From assembly GCF_036588685.1 (NCBI RefSeq), contig NC_086381.1, positions 1,612,001-1,676,000 on the forward strand: a stretch of 64,000 nt of DNA. Reading direction: 5' to 3'. The stretch's first letter is position 1. The number at the start of each line of letters is the position of its first letter. Positions 48,777 to 62,679 of the stretch are shown piece after piece. The notes below the pieces were generated by a model. That model did no database searches, was not told where the DNA came from, and was given only the letters and a program-made list of their open reading frames with translations. The DNA comes from Mytilus trossulus. Taxonomy: Eukaryota. The position numbers and the translations under genes were made by a program.

Positions 48777-50160
48777 GAACATTTATTAAAGGTTTAATTT
48801 ATGCCAATATAATGTGTATGTAAGTGATAGATTACATATGCTTATAGAATGTGAATAAAAAAACCATTTATACTTCGAATAGCTAAAACAAGCGCAAATT
48901 CAAGACAAAAATGACTGCTAAGCTGAATACAATCTTGGATTTCAATCATCGTCTGGTCGTTTTAGATAAACTGAACAATACAGAAAAGATTTGGGATATC
49001 ATCATATTGAATAATTCCATTAACCAAATTAATTTGCCGTTAGTAAAATTTGTACTATTCAGATACGTGTATCGATAATGCGCTAAGTTGTTTACTTCTA
49101 TTTCATTTGGTTTGTTGTTGATAGTTGTTTTAATGGCAATTTTATTTTTATATAAATCCTTTTTTTATGCGATCAAGATAAATACAACCAACAAAAAACA
49201 AAAGAAGCCGTAATACAACTTCTAATAATATATGCAAAAATACTAAAATAAGTTTGAGCATATTGGTAACGGAGAATGAGTCAAAAAGACAACAACCGAC
49301 CAAAGAGCAAAAAGCAAAAACACAGACCAATATAAAAAAAATAATGTGATATGATTGCCAATGAGACAATCTTCGCCAAAAAAAACCCCATATGACACAG
49401 AAATTAACAACTATAGGTCACCGTACGTACTTCAACAATGAGCAAAGCCCATGCCGCATAGTAAACAATAAAAGGCCACCGAATTGTTCAAGTATCGCTT
49501 ACACTACAAGAATCCGAAAACACCCATAAGCTACCCAGTTTTGGTAATTACCTTCTTCCTCAGCCAATGTTATTCTGTATTTTTTATGTATTGATCTGAT
49601 CAAACCAGAGAATACAGATGGATCTTACAAGATAGTAAGTAGAACGGAACCGAATTGTAAACATAAATTTAAAAAAATCTATGAACAGAATGTATACAAT
49701 CGTCGACATAACTTTTAATACAGAGTTTGGTGCAAGTACAGCCTGGTAATTCTTAAACAAAGCAACGATATGTTCGTCTTGTCTTTACCCAGAAAGTTAA
49801 ACATATATTCATGTACGTTTATAATGGGTATGGTTTTTTAACTGTATTGTAGTAGCATAAGAAAACATTCTTTAGAAGACAAGATTTGCTATTTTTTTTT
49901 ATTATGGCACTGATAAAAATTCACTATATAATTGTAACTACTCGTACATGTTGTATGGTTAAGCTGCGATATGCGTCTATATAGAAGAAGCTGTGTAAAG
50001 TCGGGAAAACGTCACTTACTATAGAGTTCTGTTTTCATTATAGGCTGGTAATGCTAGCACTTTTGAAAAACTAATCTATTAATATGTAACATGTATGTGT
50101 GTTGGAACCATATACACACACTTCTCTATCATGTATGTGTGTTGGAACCATATACACACA

Positions 50161-52844
50161 TTATTGTGACTTAAGTGCAGTGTATATAACACAGCATGAA
50201 CCACACAAGTTGACCAATGTCCGGAGTAAATGTCGGGTTTTCCATCTGTTGATCCCTTCTTCTACCCATTTGTCTCCTGTAAAAAAAAGAAAAAATCATC
50301 TTATAAAATTAAAAACAACACTTTAAAAAGTGCAGGCGTCAAAAGAGCTCATCTTGATAAACCCTCATTAGAAAAGCTCAAAGATGCTAGTATTTGAAAG
50401 ATTATGATTTGGAACCGAAATAATTGAGGACCTAAATATAATAGCTAAATCTACATTAGGTCAACTTTACTGAAGAATTAGAAACCTTAACATGAAACAC
50501 ACGTCGGTTGTCACCAGAAATGTTGCGTTAGGCACAATGGAGCATTATATTTCTAATTTACTGATTATATGTTACTTTATATCTGTAAATTAATCTTGGA
50601 ATATGAAAAATCTTTATCATTGTACATGTTTATTTATGCACATATCAGTAAAATGAAATTACATTGGACCATCATTGCTCGAGGGTTTTGTTACGGTCTG
50701 TATGCTATGTCTGATGTGTGGGTGGATTCATTTTGGTTATTTCACGGATATTCTACATAGTCCTAGTTTATCACTTTTCATTAAATAAATTATTTTGAAA
50801 TTGTCTCCTTACTGCAAGCACTCTTTAAAGCTTTTCTGCAACAACTGAACACATGTCGACAAAGGATAAAACTCAGGATTTCAAAAATAAAAATTTGTAA
50901 AACAAAGTAAGCTATTATACATGAAAATAAAGCTGTATTAGATGTGAATGAACATGTACCCCTAATTTCTTTTTAACTTTTTCCTATTATGATCTATTAT
51001 ATAAAAAAGAAGATGTGGTATGATTGCCAATGAGACAACTATCCACAAAAGACCAAAATGACACATACATTAACAACTATAGGTCACCGTACGGCCTTCA
51101 ACAATGAGCAAAGCCCATACCGCATATAGTCAGCTATAAAAGGCCCCGATAAGACATTGTAAAACAATTCAAACGAGAAAACTTATGTCTATAGATATAG
51201 GAAGATGTGGTGTGAGTGTCAATGAGACAACTCTCCATCCAAATAACAATTTAAAAAAAAGTAAACCATTAAAGGTCAATGTACGGCCTTCATGTCTGTT
51301 TGTTTTCCTCACCCATTGTTGTCAATGTGATGGAATTATATGCGACTGTCATACAAGTAAGAGGTTTAACTAGCTACAAAGCAGGTTCAATCCACCATCT
51401 TTACATCAGAAAATACCTGTACCAAGTGAGAAATATGACAGTTGTTATACATTTGTTTGATGCTTTTGAGCTTTTGATTTTGCCATTTGATTATGGAGTT
51501 TCCATTTAAATGTTCCTCGCAGTTTACACACATTATATTTATTTTACCTTTTTTAGCGACAATTTCATCATTCTTGAGGTCTCTGATCTCTGGTAACATA
51601 ACAATTGAGGTATATATTCCACCAATGATAAACAAACAAGGTTCTACCAGCCAAAGATTTTTATATGGTGAGGTATCCATAAAGAACAAAGCCACGTTGA
51701 CTACTGTACCTAATGTCCCGATACCTAGCTGTAAAGATAAATCAATAAAGTAGTAAAAATACTGTGTTCAGTTGTCATAAGATTCCCTCGACATTTAGCA
51801 GATAAAGCACCAAAGCAAAGTGTTGGTAAGCACTGAAGGGTAAACATTGCTTCAATTTATAAGTGTGCAGTAATATAGGGTTATTGCATTAATATTGGGG
51901 AATATTGTCCCGAGTAGAATTTTGTAGTTGATTGAACAACAATTCAAGACAAAGTAAGATAACTCCAATGTTTAAAGATTACTTTAACAATGACATCATT
52001 TTATACTAGAACAGATAATAGATTCATGCACCTTGCAAAAGTTTCTTGAAATGTTCATAGATAGATGTATAGATTGTTATGATCAATGCACTATATTTTA
52101 TTTATCAAAAAGGTAGTGATAAGCCTTGGAAGATTTAGATATCAAGTCAGTCCGGACTCCCACAAGGTTTTGATTGCATTTCATTCCATCTTCAATCATG
52201 ATTTTATGAACACTACAACACGTGTGTTTTATAAAAAAAAAATGGCATCCATGTCGGTCGTTTGACGATAACGACAGAAAAAATATAGGATTTAAGTGAG
52301 GTTTAAATTGGAATATTGGTTTGATATAAATATAAAATTAACAGACGGACGGACGGACGGCAGACGCTAAGTCATTGCAACATATTTTGATCTGTCAAAC
52401 TAGATGTAATAAGATGAAGTAAGTCCCAGATGAACAAAAAATCGGATATGTCGTCTTAACCTCGGTGTTTTAACACATTTAAAGGCATCAGATTTCATTG
52501 AACGCGACGTTAGTCACCTTTAAGAAAACAAGACTAGCAACGTAAAATTGTGCATGCATTGAAAATTATGTTATAGCTTTGTGCGTTTGATTTCTATAAT
52601 TTTTTTAGCAATCATTACATATAAGAAAGCTTTATTAACTTTAGAAAATTAAAATTCCTACCACAAAGACAGCAGCATTATCAAAGCTATCACTCCATTG
52701 TTTCCTCATAGATTTGATGTCTAAATTCGCCCGGCTCTTGGTTTCTACCACAGATATATACACAGCTGTACCCGCCAGCAGGCCACTCGCGGCCACTGCA
52801 ATACTTTTCAAACCTTCCTGAAGAGAGGGTAATTCTAACGCCAT
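50161..52844 (-). CDS. DUF1772 / anthrone-oxygenase-like membrane protein, 159 aa
   Basis: Exons 52844-52662, 51728-51548, 50276-50161, GT-AG and phase-consistent (480 nt); GLLAGTAVYISVVE...QWSDSF, YTSIVMLP, RWKTRHLLRT. Confidence 0.8.
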
Positions 52845-52877
52845 TTTCTGTTGAAGTTTGTTAAAAGATAACTACTA

Positions 52878-52918
52878 GACTGTATAAAAACTCAATATGT
52901 ACTACTTCTATTTTTATA
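52878..52918 (-). promoter_or_regulatory. Candidate TATA box and initiator of the DUF1772-like gene
   Basis: Minus-strand TATAAAAA at 52918-52911, CAGT initiator-like motif about 30 nt downstream, ATG at 52844. Confidence 0.4.
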
Positions 52919-53070
52919 ATTAAATGGCCTATATCTTCTCAAGGGCATTTATTAGGATGACACAGATCGATGCAGCAGTGCAATAGGATTGTATTAAATC
53001 ATCATAACTGATTTATGAATAATGAAATTATATTAGGGTATTTCTGTGGTTCAAAAAATAGAAGTCTGAT

Positions 53071-53304
53071 TACCTAATTCAAATTTATTTTAACACTCCT
53101 AGTCTATATATTATGTTGTGTACAAATTGTAATGGTGTAAAAACTGTGCTTATTTTATCTAATTTTGTAAAGAGATTTACAAAATACAGATAACTTGTAC
53201 AAAAATACTGTACAAATTGTAATTTGTACACCATTACAATTTGTACACAACATATATATATATATATATAGACTAGGAGTGTTAAAATAAATTTGAATTA
53301 GGTA
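53071..53304. mobile_element. Foldback MITE with ~65-70-bp inverted arms
   Basis: TACCTAATTCAAATTTATTTTAACACTCCTAGTCTATATA... mirrored by ...TATATAGACTAGGAGTGTTAAAATAAATTTGAATTAGGTA. Confidence 0.75.
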
Positions 53305-56300
53305 CATGCATACTAAAACCATTTGTTCTTCTCATATATTTTATATTGGGATAATACAAACCCCTAACGGGATGGTTTGTGCTTGATTTTCATATGATGA
53401 AGACATCAAATTTTAAATAATTTTAATAGCATACTATATTGTTGAAGACCCAACAGTTGCCTATCTTTGTTTTCATCCACTCTATTTGAACTTTGGTGGA
53501 TAGTAGAAGCATTGGTAAACTAAATTTAGTATTCTTTGTCACATAAGAAACGCATCACCCTATTATAGACCCATTTCTAGTTTAACCTTTATATTTAGTT
53601 TAAAATTAGAAAACTTCTATATTAATTTATCTAAAAATATGTTATTTGTTCTATATATTGTATTGCATTGTATTGTATAAAATTGTTTGATCGTATTGCT
53701 TGACCCTTATGGGTGTAATTTTGCAATAAAGATTATGTATATAATTTATCAAAGAGCTTTTTTTAAGATGTCCATTTCTTATTGAATTGAAGCATTTTGC
53801 AGTTAAACATATTTAGCAAAATATCGTTTACAAAATCTTTGACAGACCACCAACACCAAAAATTGTCAATTACCCACACTAAGCGGGCTGCAAAATACTA
53901 AAAAAACATTGAACTCATTTGGAGTCTAGACCGTGGTCAAGGCAATGAATCCAAAAAAGGGGATAACTGATTGAAATCTTATTTTTGTAGATCTTGTAAT
54001 GCTGATCATTTTGAATGTGTCGTATGCAGTTTCAGGCAATCTATCTTATATATTTCAGAATAATAAACAAGACGGTAATTTGGGTTTAAAAAAGGAATAA
54101 AGGAGTGACGGCATTTCAACATTTTGAACCCTCTTTGATTTTCTGTACATATTTAGGTTTTCAAGCCATTTGACAAATTCTTGTATTGCACACCCTTATG
54201 TTTTATTTCAAGCATGAATATAATACTTCCATGGTTTAAAGTTGGGACCATTTTGGTAGATGGACCATTGAAGAAAAAGAAATATTATCTGTATTGAATC
54301 TATGCAACATGAGGATCAACCGTGTAAGATTTGTTTATGTTTAGTACCTTCAAAGGAGTTTAAAGACGAGAGATGACAATAGCTTATTTCCTCAAATTGT
54401 ATTCTGTTGATTGTTGCATTGAGTGAATTTAACCAAGTAGATTAACATAAACTCCAAAAGGGATCTTTCTCGCTCGAGGCAAATGTTTCACTAAAGATTG
54501 GATTAAACGTTGTTGATTTTCTGAAGATATTACCAGGAAATGGGATAATTCCGAAATTTTCACTGTATAAATTTATAAGCAATGATATCTTTCCCTGTGA
54601 CATAAAATTCATAAGGGATATTGTTCTTTTCAAAATAGAGGCAAAAGATATCAGAGGGACAATCAAAAATCAATAGTCATTAACAAACCGACAGTACCAT
54701 GACAAATAACGGCAATAAATTGGTGCGCCGATCGCAGCTTGATACGACCCTGAACCTTTAAGGCAAAAATGGGCCTATATTCACGCCTGATACAGGTCTA
54801 AATTTGGATTGTAATGAAATATTTGACACAGAGTAACTGTAGTAAAAAAACTTAAAATTGGTTATATGATTTGAATTATACTCTTTTTTGCTTTTGCGCA
54901 ATACACTATGCTGTTGAAAATCCCCCCCCCCCTTTTCCGCAGAAATGTAAAAAAAAAAATATCACACCTTTTTTTTTTTTGATTTTTGTGCAATACACTA
55001 TGCTGTTGCATATAGACCCCAACCTGAAAAATTTGTAAACCCCCCTTTTGAAATGAGAAAAAATGCCGGCAAAAAACAAAATCTTTCCCTCAAGATATGG
55101 TCATGATCTCAATTCAAATTTCCATTGGAGATGCAACCATAATTACCCATTTAAATACATCATAAAAGTCTAAAAATAGAAAATTGATATTCCTTAATCA
55201 GCATAAATTAAATAGTAACTTCTGGTCCGAGTACACAGTTATTTCGTAGTGCATTTCTTTTAGACAATAAATGGAAATAAAATAATCCCTCCTGCGCTTT
55301 CTCAATAATATTTTTACAGTGTGTTGTACTACTTTCGGGACAAATTATATCAAAATTATAGAAAACATCACCGGCTCTAACTCAAAATATGGACAATTTT
55401 ATGTTAAGGGGGTCTTGAAATCTTTTGACAGCTTCCGAAATGCTGATGTTTAACCATTTTCAGCTCTTCTTCTTCAGTTTCAGAAAACCAACAACATACT
55501 GATGTTTACTTTCCGGCGCATGCCTGGTAATTTAAAAAAAAAAATATGTATTTATAAATACAGTTAAACGTAGAATGTCAAATTTTTTGTATTCCATATT
55601 TTTGTATATTAGTTATATTATTAATTTTTACAATTTATCTTTGTTTTTCGATTTTCGTTTTTATTTAAATTTTTCTAATATTTCATTTTTTTTTTTTAAA
55701 TTTAAGATAAAAACATGATTGCCTGATTACTTCAGGTGTGGATAGGTATCAAGGAGCACATCGTGAGTGAGTGCACCCTTGAAGGTGTCTGTGGTAGTGT
55801 TTTTTTGTTATGACTGAGGATAATTTGCTGTAGCTGTCTTTGTTACATTGGATTTGTCTGTAAGCATCTTTATTGGTGGATCTTGTGATGGACTGACTCT
55901 TTTGTAATAAATTTTGCGATGGAATGGCAATATTTTCGTTTGTAATTTTGTGAAACATTATTAGCCTTGTTCTTAGCCGGCGTTCTTGTAATGTTTGCCA
56001 TTTCATGGCGTCGAGCATTTCAGACACACTGCTGGTATTGTGATGTCTGTTACATGCATACCTTGCCGCTCGTCTCTGTACCTTTTCTAATGATCGTATG
56101 TTTTCGCTTGTATAGGGGTCCCATACAGTACAGCAGTATTCTAATTTGGGTATTATGATGGTTTGGTAGGCTCTTTGTGGGTGTTCCATTTTAAATCTGA
56201 AGAAATTGTGATACCTAAATATTTAGCATGCTTTACTGATTCTAATATGTGCCCATATATGTTGTAGTAGAAGTGGATGGGAGTTCTCTTTGTTGTTATG

Positions 56301-56908
56301 TTCATTATGTGCATTTGTCTGGGTGGAAAGACATGAGCCAGTCTTGTTCCAGTTGTATGGCGGCTTCTAGATCTTCTTGAAGCTTGCGGCAGTCGTTTTG
56401 GAATTTAATTTGTCTTTAAATTATACTGTCATCTGCGAAGAGTCTAATTTTGCTATGTTTGATGTATTCTGGAAGGTCATTTATGTAAATAAGGAAGAGT
56501 GTAGGTCCTAGCACTGTACCCTGTGGCAAACCTGAGGTGACTGGTATTTTTTAAGATGACATGTATTCTAAAAGTACTGTTTGAGTTCTGTTTGAAAGAA
56601 ATGATTCGACACAGTTTATGATTTGATCTGATATGCCTAAGTATTTCATTTTATATAGTAATCTTTTGTGTGGTACCTTGTCAAAAGCTTTGGCAAAATC
56701 CATGATTATGTTATCTGTTTGTATATTTTTGTCATTGTTTTCGAATAATTCATGCATCAGTGAGATAACTTGAGACTCACATGATCGCTTTGCCCTAAAT
56801 CCATGTTGTAATTCATACACATGGTTTCGAGATGTTGCATCATCCTGCTTGCAAAGATATGTTCAAGTAATTTGCAAGTTTTGCTTGTTAAGGATATAGG
56901 CCTATAGT

Positions 56909-58972
56909 TACGGGGCGCCGAATGGGACTCTTGTGGTTTTGTACTCAAAATTCAATTTTGTACGGACAAAAGTGACTTTTGTTCAACAAAAAAGTGTTCA
57001 GTTTAACAAAATTTGTATCATACTACTAATTTAAAATTTTGTCATACAAAATTATCTATCAGCGGACAAAAGTCACTTTTGTCATGACAAAATTCATTTT
57101 TGTTACACAGACTTGACTTTTGTTACCTAATTTGAAAATTGGGCGACAAAAGTGAATTTTGTATTCAAATTAGTTTAGTTTGGTTTCTGTGAACTAATTT
57201 GCATACAAAATCGACTTTTGTTACACAAAATTGACTTTTGTTACACAAAATTGACTTTTGTTACACAAAATTGACTTTAGTTACACAAAATTGACTTTTG
57301 TTACACAAAATTGACTTTTGTTACACAAAATTGACTTTTGTCTCAACAAAATTGACAAAATTGACTTTTGTCTCAACAAAATTGACAAAATTGAATTTTG
57401 TCTCAACAAAATAGACAAAATTGAATTTTGTCTCAACAAAATTGATTTTTGTCTCACGAAAGTCAATTTTATCTCATGAAAGTCAATTTGGTCTCATAAA
57501 AGTAAATTTTGTCTCATAAAAGTCAATTTTGTTGTTACAAAATTGAATTTTGTCGTCACAAAAATGAATTTTGTCGTCACAAAATTGACTTTTGTCGTCA
57601 CAAAATTGACTTTTGTCTCAACAAAATTTACAAAATTGACTTTTGTCTCAACAAAATTAACAAAATTGACTTTTGTCTCAACAAAATTGACAAAATTGAT
57701 TTTTGTCTCAACAAAATTGACAAAATTGACTTTTGTCTCAACAAAATTTACAAAATTGATTTTTGTCTCAACAAAATTAACAAAATTGACTTTTGTCTCA
57801 ACAAAATTGACAAAATTGATTTTTGTCTCAACAAAATTGACAAAATTGACTTTTGTCTCAACAAAATTAACAAAATTACCTAATTTGAAAATTGGGCGAC
57901 AAAAGTGAATTTTGTATTCAAATTAGTTTAGTTTGGTTTCTGTGAACTAATTTGCATACAAAATCGACTTTTGTTACACAAAATTGACTTTTGTTACACA
58001 AAATTGACTTTTGTTACACAAAATTGACTTTTGTCTCAACAAAATTGACAAAATTGACTTTTGTTCTCAACAAAATTGACAAAATTGAATTTTGTCTCAA
58101 CAAAATTGACAAAATTGAATTTTGTCTCAACAAAATTGATTTTTGTCTCACGAAAGTCAATTTTATCTCATGAAAGTCAATTTGGTCTCATAAAAGTAAA
58201 TTTTGTCTCATAAAAGTCAATTTTGTTGTTACAAAATTGAATTTTGTCGTCACAAAAATGAATTTTGTCGTCACAAAATTGACTTTTGTCGTCACAAAAT
58301 TGACTTTTGTCTCAACAAAATTTACAAAATTGACTTTTGTCTCAACAAAATTAACAAAATTGACTTTTGTCTCAACAAAATTGACAAAATTGATTTTTGT
58401 CTCAACAAAATTGACAAAATTGACTTTTGTCTCAACAAAATTTACAAAATTGATTTTTGTCTCAACAAAATTAACAAAATTGACTTTTGTCTCAACAAAA
58501 TTGACAAAATTGATTTTTGTCTCAACAAAATTGACAAAATTGACTTTTGTCTCAACAAAATTAACAAAATTGACTTTTGTCTCAACAAAATTGACAAAAT
58601 TGAATTTTGTCTCACAAAAATTGAATTTTGTCTCACAAAAGTTAATTTTGTCTTACAAAATTGAATCTTACCTCACACAATTGACTTTTGTGATTTAATT
58701 TCCATATCAGGTAACAAAAGTAAATTTTGTTTATATTTGCATACCTTTTAGACAAAATTGACTTTTGTCATGACAAATATGAATTTGTCTACAAAAATGA
58801 ATTTTGTCATCACAAAAATGAATTTTGTCTACACAAATGAATTTTGTCATCACAAAATTGAAGTTCTCACAAAACAAGTCTGTAGCACATAGTTTTGTAA
58901 GACAAAAATGATTTTGTTATGACAAAATTGAATTTTGTACAAAACCACAAGAGTCCCATTCGGCGCCCCGTA
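56909..58972. mobile_element. Non-autonomous TIR element filled with satellite-like repeats
   Basis: Perfect 36-bp TIR TACGGGGCGCCGAATGGGACTCTTGTGGTTTTGTAC; 5-bp TSD ATAGT (56904-56908, 58973-58977); interrupts the LINE in the NYRP motif. Confidence 0.9.
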
Positions 58973-60176
58973 ATAGTTGCCTGGGTTGTGTTTATCCCCT
59001 TTTTTTGATACAAGTGTGACATTTGCGTGGTTCTAGTCAGATGGTACTTTGCCTGTTTCTAATGATCTGGTGAATATTAATGTGAGGATGTCTGTATATA
59101 TTTCAATGTTTTGTTTTAGTCATGACTTTGCCTGCGATGGTATCAGGACCAGTGGCTTTATTAGGGTTTATGTTTTTGATAAGTTTATAAACACCATCCC
59201 TAGATATTGTTATGATTGTCATTTGGGATGAATACTAGGACCTTTATCTGGAATGTCAGTATTTGCTTCAGATGTAAAAGCAGACTGAAATTGTTTGTTC
59301 AGTATGTTCGCTTTCTCAAATGGGTTTGAGTGCAATGTACCTTCCCTTTTTAGAGGAGCTATGGCGGTATTTTCATTTTTCTGGCTTTTAATATGGGAAT
59401 ATAGATTTGTTGGTGTATTTTTAAAGCATGGTTGGTCTGGTTCCTTTATTTCAATATCTTAGTTGGTAGTTTTGATTTATGGCTAATGCTTTTTTTTTTA
59501 GGAAAATTCTTATCAATAGACTTTTGGATGTTTCAAAATTTGTCTTGAAAGTATTCCATAGTTCATCGAGACTCATTTTATTTTGATCTTGTTTTAGCTG
59601 ATTGTATGTTTCAGTGAGGTCTTTTTCTATTTGATCCCAATTTGTCTTTTTGTAGTGTAATATTTTGTGAGCCTGTTGTTTATTTTGAGGCAGTGCTAAA
59701 TTTATTTCACTGAAAACGATGTCATGGTCGCTCGCTCCAATTGGTGGTAATGTTTCGACTCGAATGATGGATTGGTCATACACAACAGGTCTAGTGGTGT
59801 GTCGTTTCTAGTGTTCTTGTTTACTACCTGTGTTAAGTTGTTGTCATTTAATAAGCCAAGGAGCTGTTGGTGTAGTGAACCGTCAGGTTTACAAGGTATG
59901 ACTGCTGGTGTCTTCCAGTCTATGTGGCCAAGATTGAAATCGCCACTTACCCAAATATTTGGTGTCGTTTTCTTGCATAAGACTCTATTAAGTGAGATAC
60001 CAAGTTGTTCTAATGATTCTCTTCTATCGGATGGTGGTCGATAGTAGGAACCTAGGTATAGTGATTTGTTTCCTTCATTTGAAATTTTCGCCCATACATT
60101 TTCACAATTTGTATCGAGGTCTAGGTCTGTACCTGTATTTGTGATTTGTGTAGATGTAAGCTGGTTTGATACAGTC

Positions 60177-61140
60177 TATGGCAAGCCGTTTTGCATTTAT
60201 TCTTACTTCAAGATATTTCATAAACTTTATAAAATATCTTATATAGTTTATAAGATATCTCATATAGTGTATAAGATATCTTATATAGTTTATAAGACAT
60301 CTCATAAAGTTTATAAGATATCTCATATAATTTATCAGATATCTTATATAATTGTCTTTATAAGATATCTCATTAACTATATAAGATATCTTATAAACTA
60401 TATGAGATATCTTATAAACTATAATTTCATTTTTATAAGATATCTCATATAGTGTATAAGATATCTTATAAAGTTTATAAGATATCTTATAAAGTATATG
60501 AGATATCTTATATAACATTAAAGATATCTAATATAATATATGAGATATCTTATAAAAATGAAATTATATAAGATATCTTATATATTATATATTATATAAG
60601 ATATCTTATATATTATAGGAGATATCTTGAAATTTGAACAAATAGTTAAACAAGCCGTTTTGCTATTTATTCTTTCTTCAAGATATCTCATAAACTTTAT
60701 AAGATATCTTATATAGTTTATAAGATATCTTATATAGTTTATAAGATATCTCATATAATTTATCAGATATCTTATATAATTGTCTTTATAAGATATCTTA
60801 TAAACTATATAAGTTATCTTATAAATTATATAAGATATCTTATATAAAAATTGTTTATAAGATATCTCATATACTTTATAAGATATCTTATACACTTTAG
60901 AAGATATCTTATAAAGTATATGAGATATCTTATATAACATTAAAGATATCTTATATAATATATGAGATATCTCATAAAAATTAAATTATAAAAGATATCT
61001 TATATATTAAAGGAGATATCTTATATATTATATAAGATATCTTATATATTATATAAGATATCTTATATATTATATAAGATATCTTATATATTATAGGAGA
61101 TATCTTGAAATTCGAATAAATAGTAAAACGGCTTGCCATA
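60177..61140. mobile_element. Non-autonomous TIR element with AGATATCT-core repeats
   Basis: TIR TATGGCAAGCCGTTTT / AAAACGGCTTGCCATA; flanks ACAGTC / ACAGCC (6-bp TSD with one mismatch); internal fused terminus near 60650. Confidence 0.85.
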
Positions 61141-62679
61141 ACAGCCAGTAACATTCCCCCATCGCCATCTTTTCAGGTGGACCAAATCACTACTTTACTT
61201 TAAAATTCATGAATCAATTTTTTTCAGTGTAATTTTATCCCCCTTCTGGTTATTTGATGCATAAAACAGGAAGAAATTAATTTGGAAGGGGTATAACAAA
61301 AATTGGCAAGTAACACTTTCCACACTAGGGACTATACTCGAACCTTCTTAAGTAAATTGACTACTTATCACCTCAAGACAATACATCATTTTTTTTATAC
61401 AAATTTTAAAGGATATATTTGGATTACCTCCCTTAAACTGCGTTAAAATTGTCTAAATTGTCCATTTGTAAACCAAGAAACCCTTGTTTCTCCCCAATTT
61501 CAAAACTGTTTGAGCCATAACCCCCCAAAGCCAATCCTAACCATCCCTTGTATAATTGAGAGAGATCCATACATCTGAACACAAGTTATTGTCTGGAAAC
61601 TAGAAAAATGTCTTTTTGGCCCCTTACTCCTAAACCATAACCCCTGAAATCAATCCCAACCTTACTTTTGTGGTTATAAACCTTGTGTTTTTCTATTTAC
61701 TTTTACTTAAGTTATTGTTCGGAAACCAACTGTCTTAGGACGACGTGGACAAAGACGACTACAACCACAAAATTTTGTTGCAGTCATATAAAAAGAAATA
61801 ACAAGCCAACAATAGTCCACAGAAAACTAAAGAATGGGCAACACAAACCTCACACAAATCTGACATCTACATTTAATCATAGGCTATGTAATGATAAAAT
61901 ATGTAAAGGTATCACTTCAGTGATAAGTTTCCTATGAATGTATTGCTTTGTATAAAATAACAAGGACCATGCTGTCCTGGTTAAATGGCATTGTGTAAAG
62001 GTCACTCAGAAAATTTCATATGAACACTTTTGATTTAGACATGAACTAATTAGACTTATTGACAATTTTTGTACATTTACTACATGAGCAACACGAAGGG
62101 TGCCACATGTGGAACAAATCTGCTTACCCTTCCATAGCACCTGATATCACCCCAATTTTTGGTGGGGTTTGCGTTGCTCAGTTTTTAGTTTTCTATGTTA
62201 TGTTTCTATACCGTTGTTTGTCTGTTGGTCTTTTTGGTTTTTAGCCATGGTGTTGTCAGTTTATTTTTTACTTCTGAGTTTGAATGTCCCACTGTTATCT
62301 TTCGCTTTTTTTATTATCCCATAATGCTGATTATTTCTAAAAATAATAAAGTTACTTTTGTTTTGTCTACGGTATTACATTCAATGATGTTCTATTTGTT
62401 TTAACAAGTAATAAATGTATGTGTAATAGTCATTTTTTTGCCCCTTTATACTAGCTTTCTGTTTGGTGTGAGCCAATGCTCTTTGTTGAAGACAGTACTT
62501 TGACCTATAATGGTTTACTTTTATAAATTGTAACTTGGATGGAGAGTTGTCTAATTGTCACTCATACCACATCTTCTTATATCTTTAAGTACAGTGTAAA
62601 TATAAGACATAGATTGAGATTTCACATGATTTAATAAAACACAAGAGTGTTAACACATCACACTACACATTATAACAAT

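Larger units (their letters stand above)
55466..61168 (-). mobile_element. Decayed 5'-truncated non-LTR retrotransposon (APE endonuclease + RT; RTE-X/CR1-like), split by two TIR elements
   Basis: APE motifs (GGMLLAV, WVSGDFN, ASDHDIV) and RT motifs ([58 protein letters not shown]) with frameshifts and stops; (GAA)n tail at ~55466. Confidence 0.85.

Noticed and set aside
57281-60940. Repetitive ORFs (KIDFCLNK, YKISY and similar)
   Set aside because: Artefacts of the tandem arrays inside TIR elements
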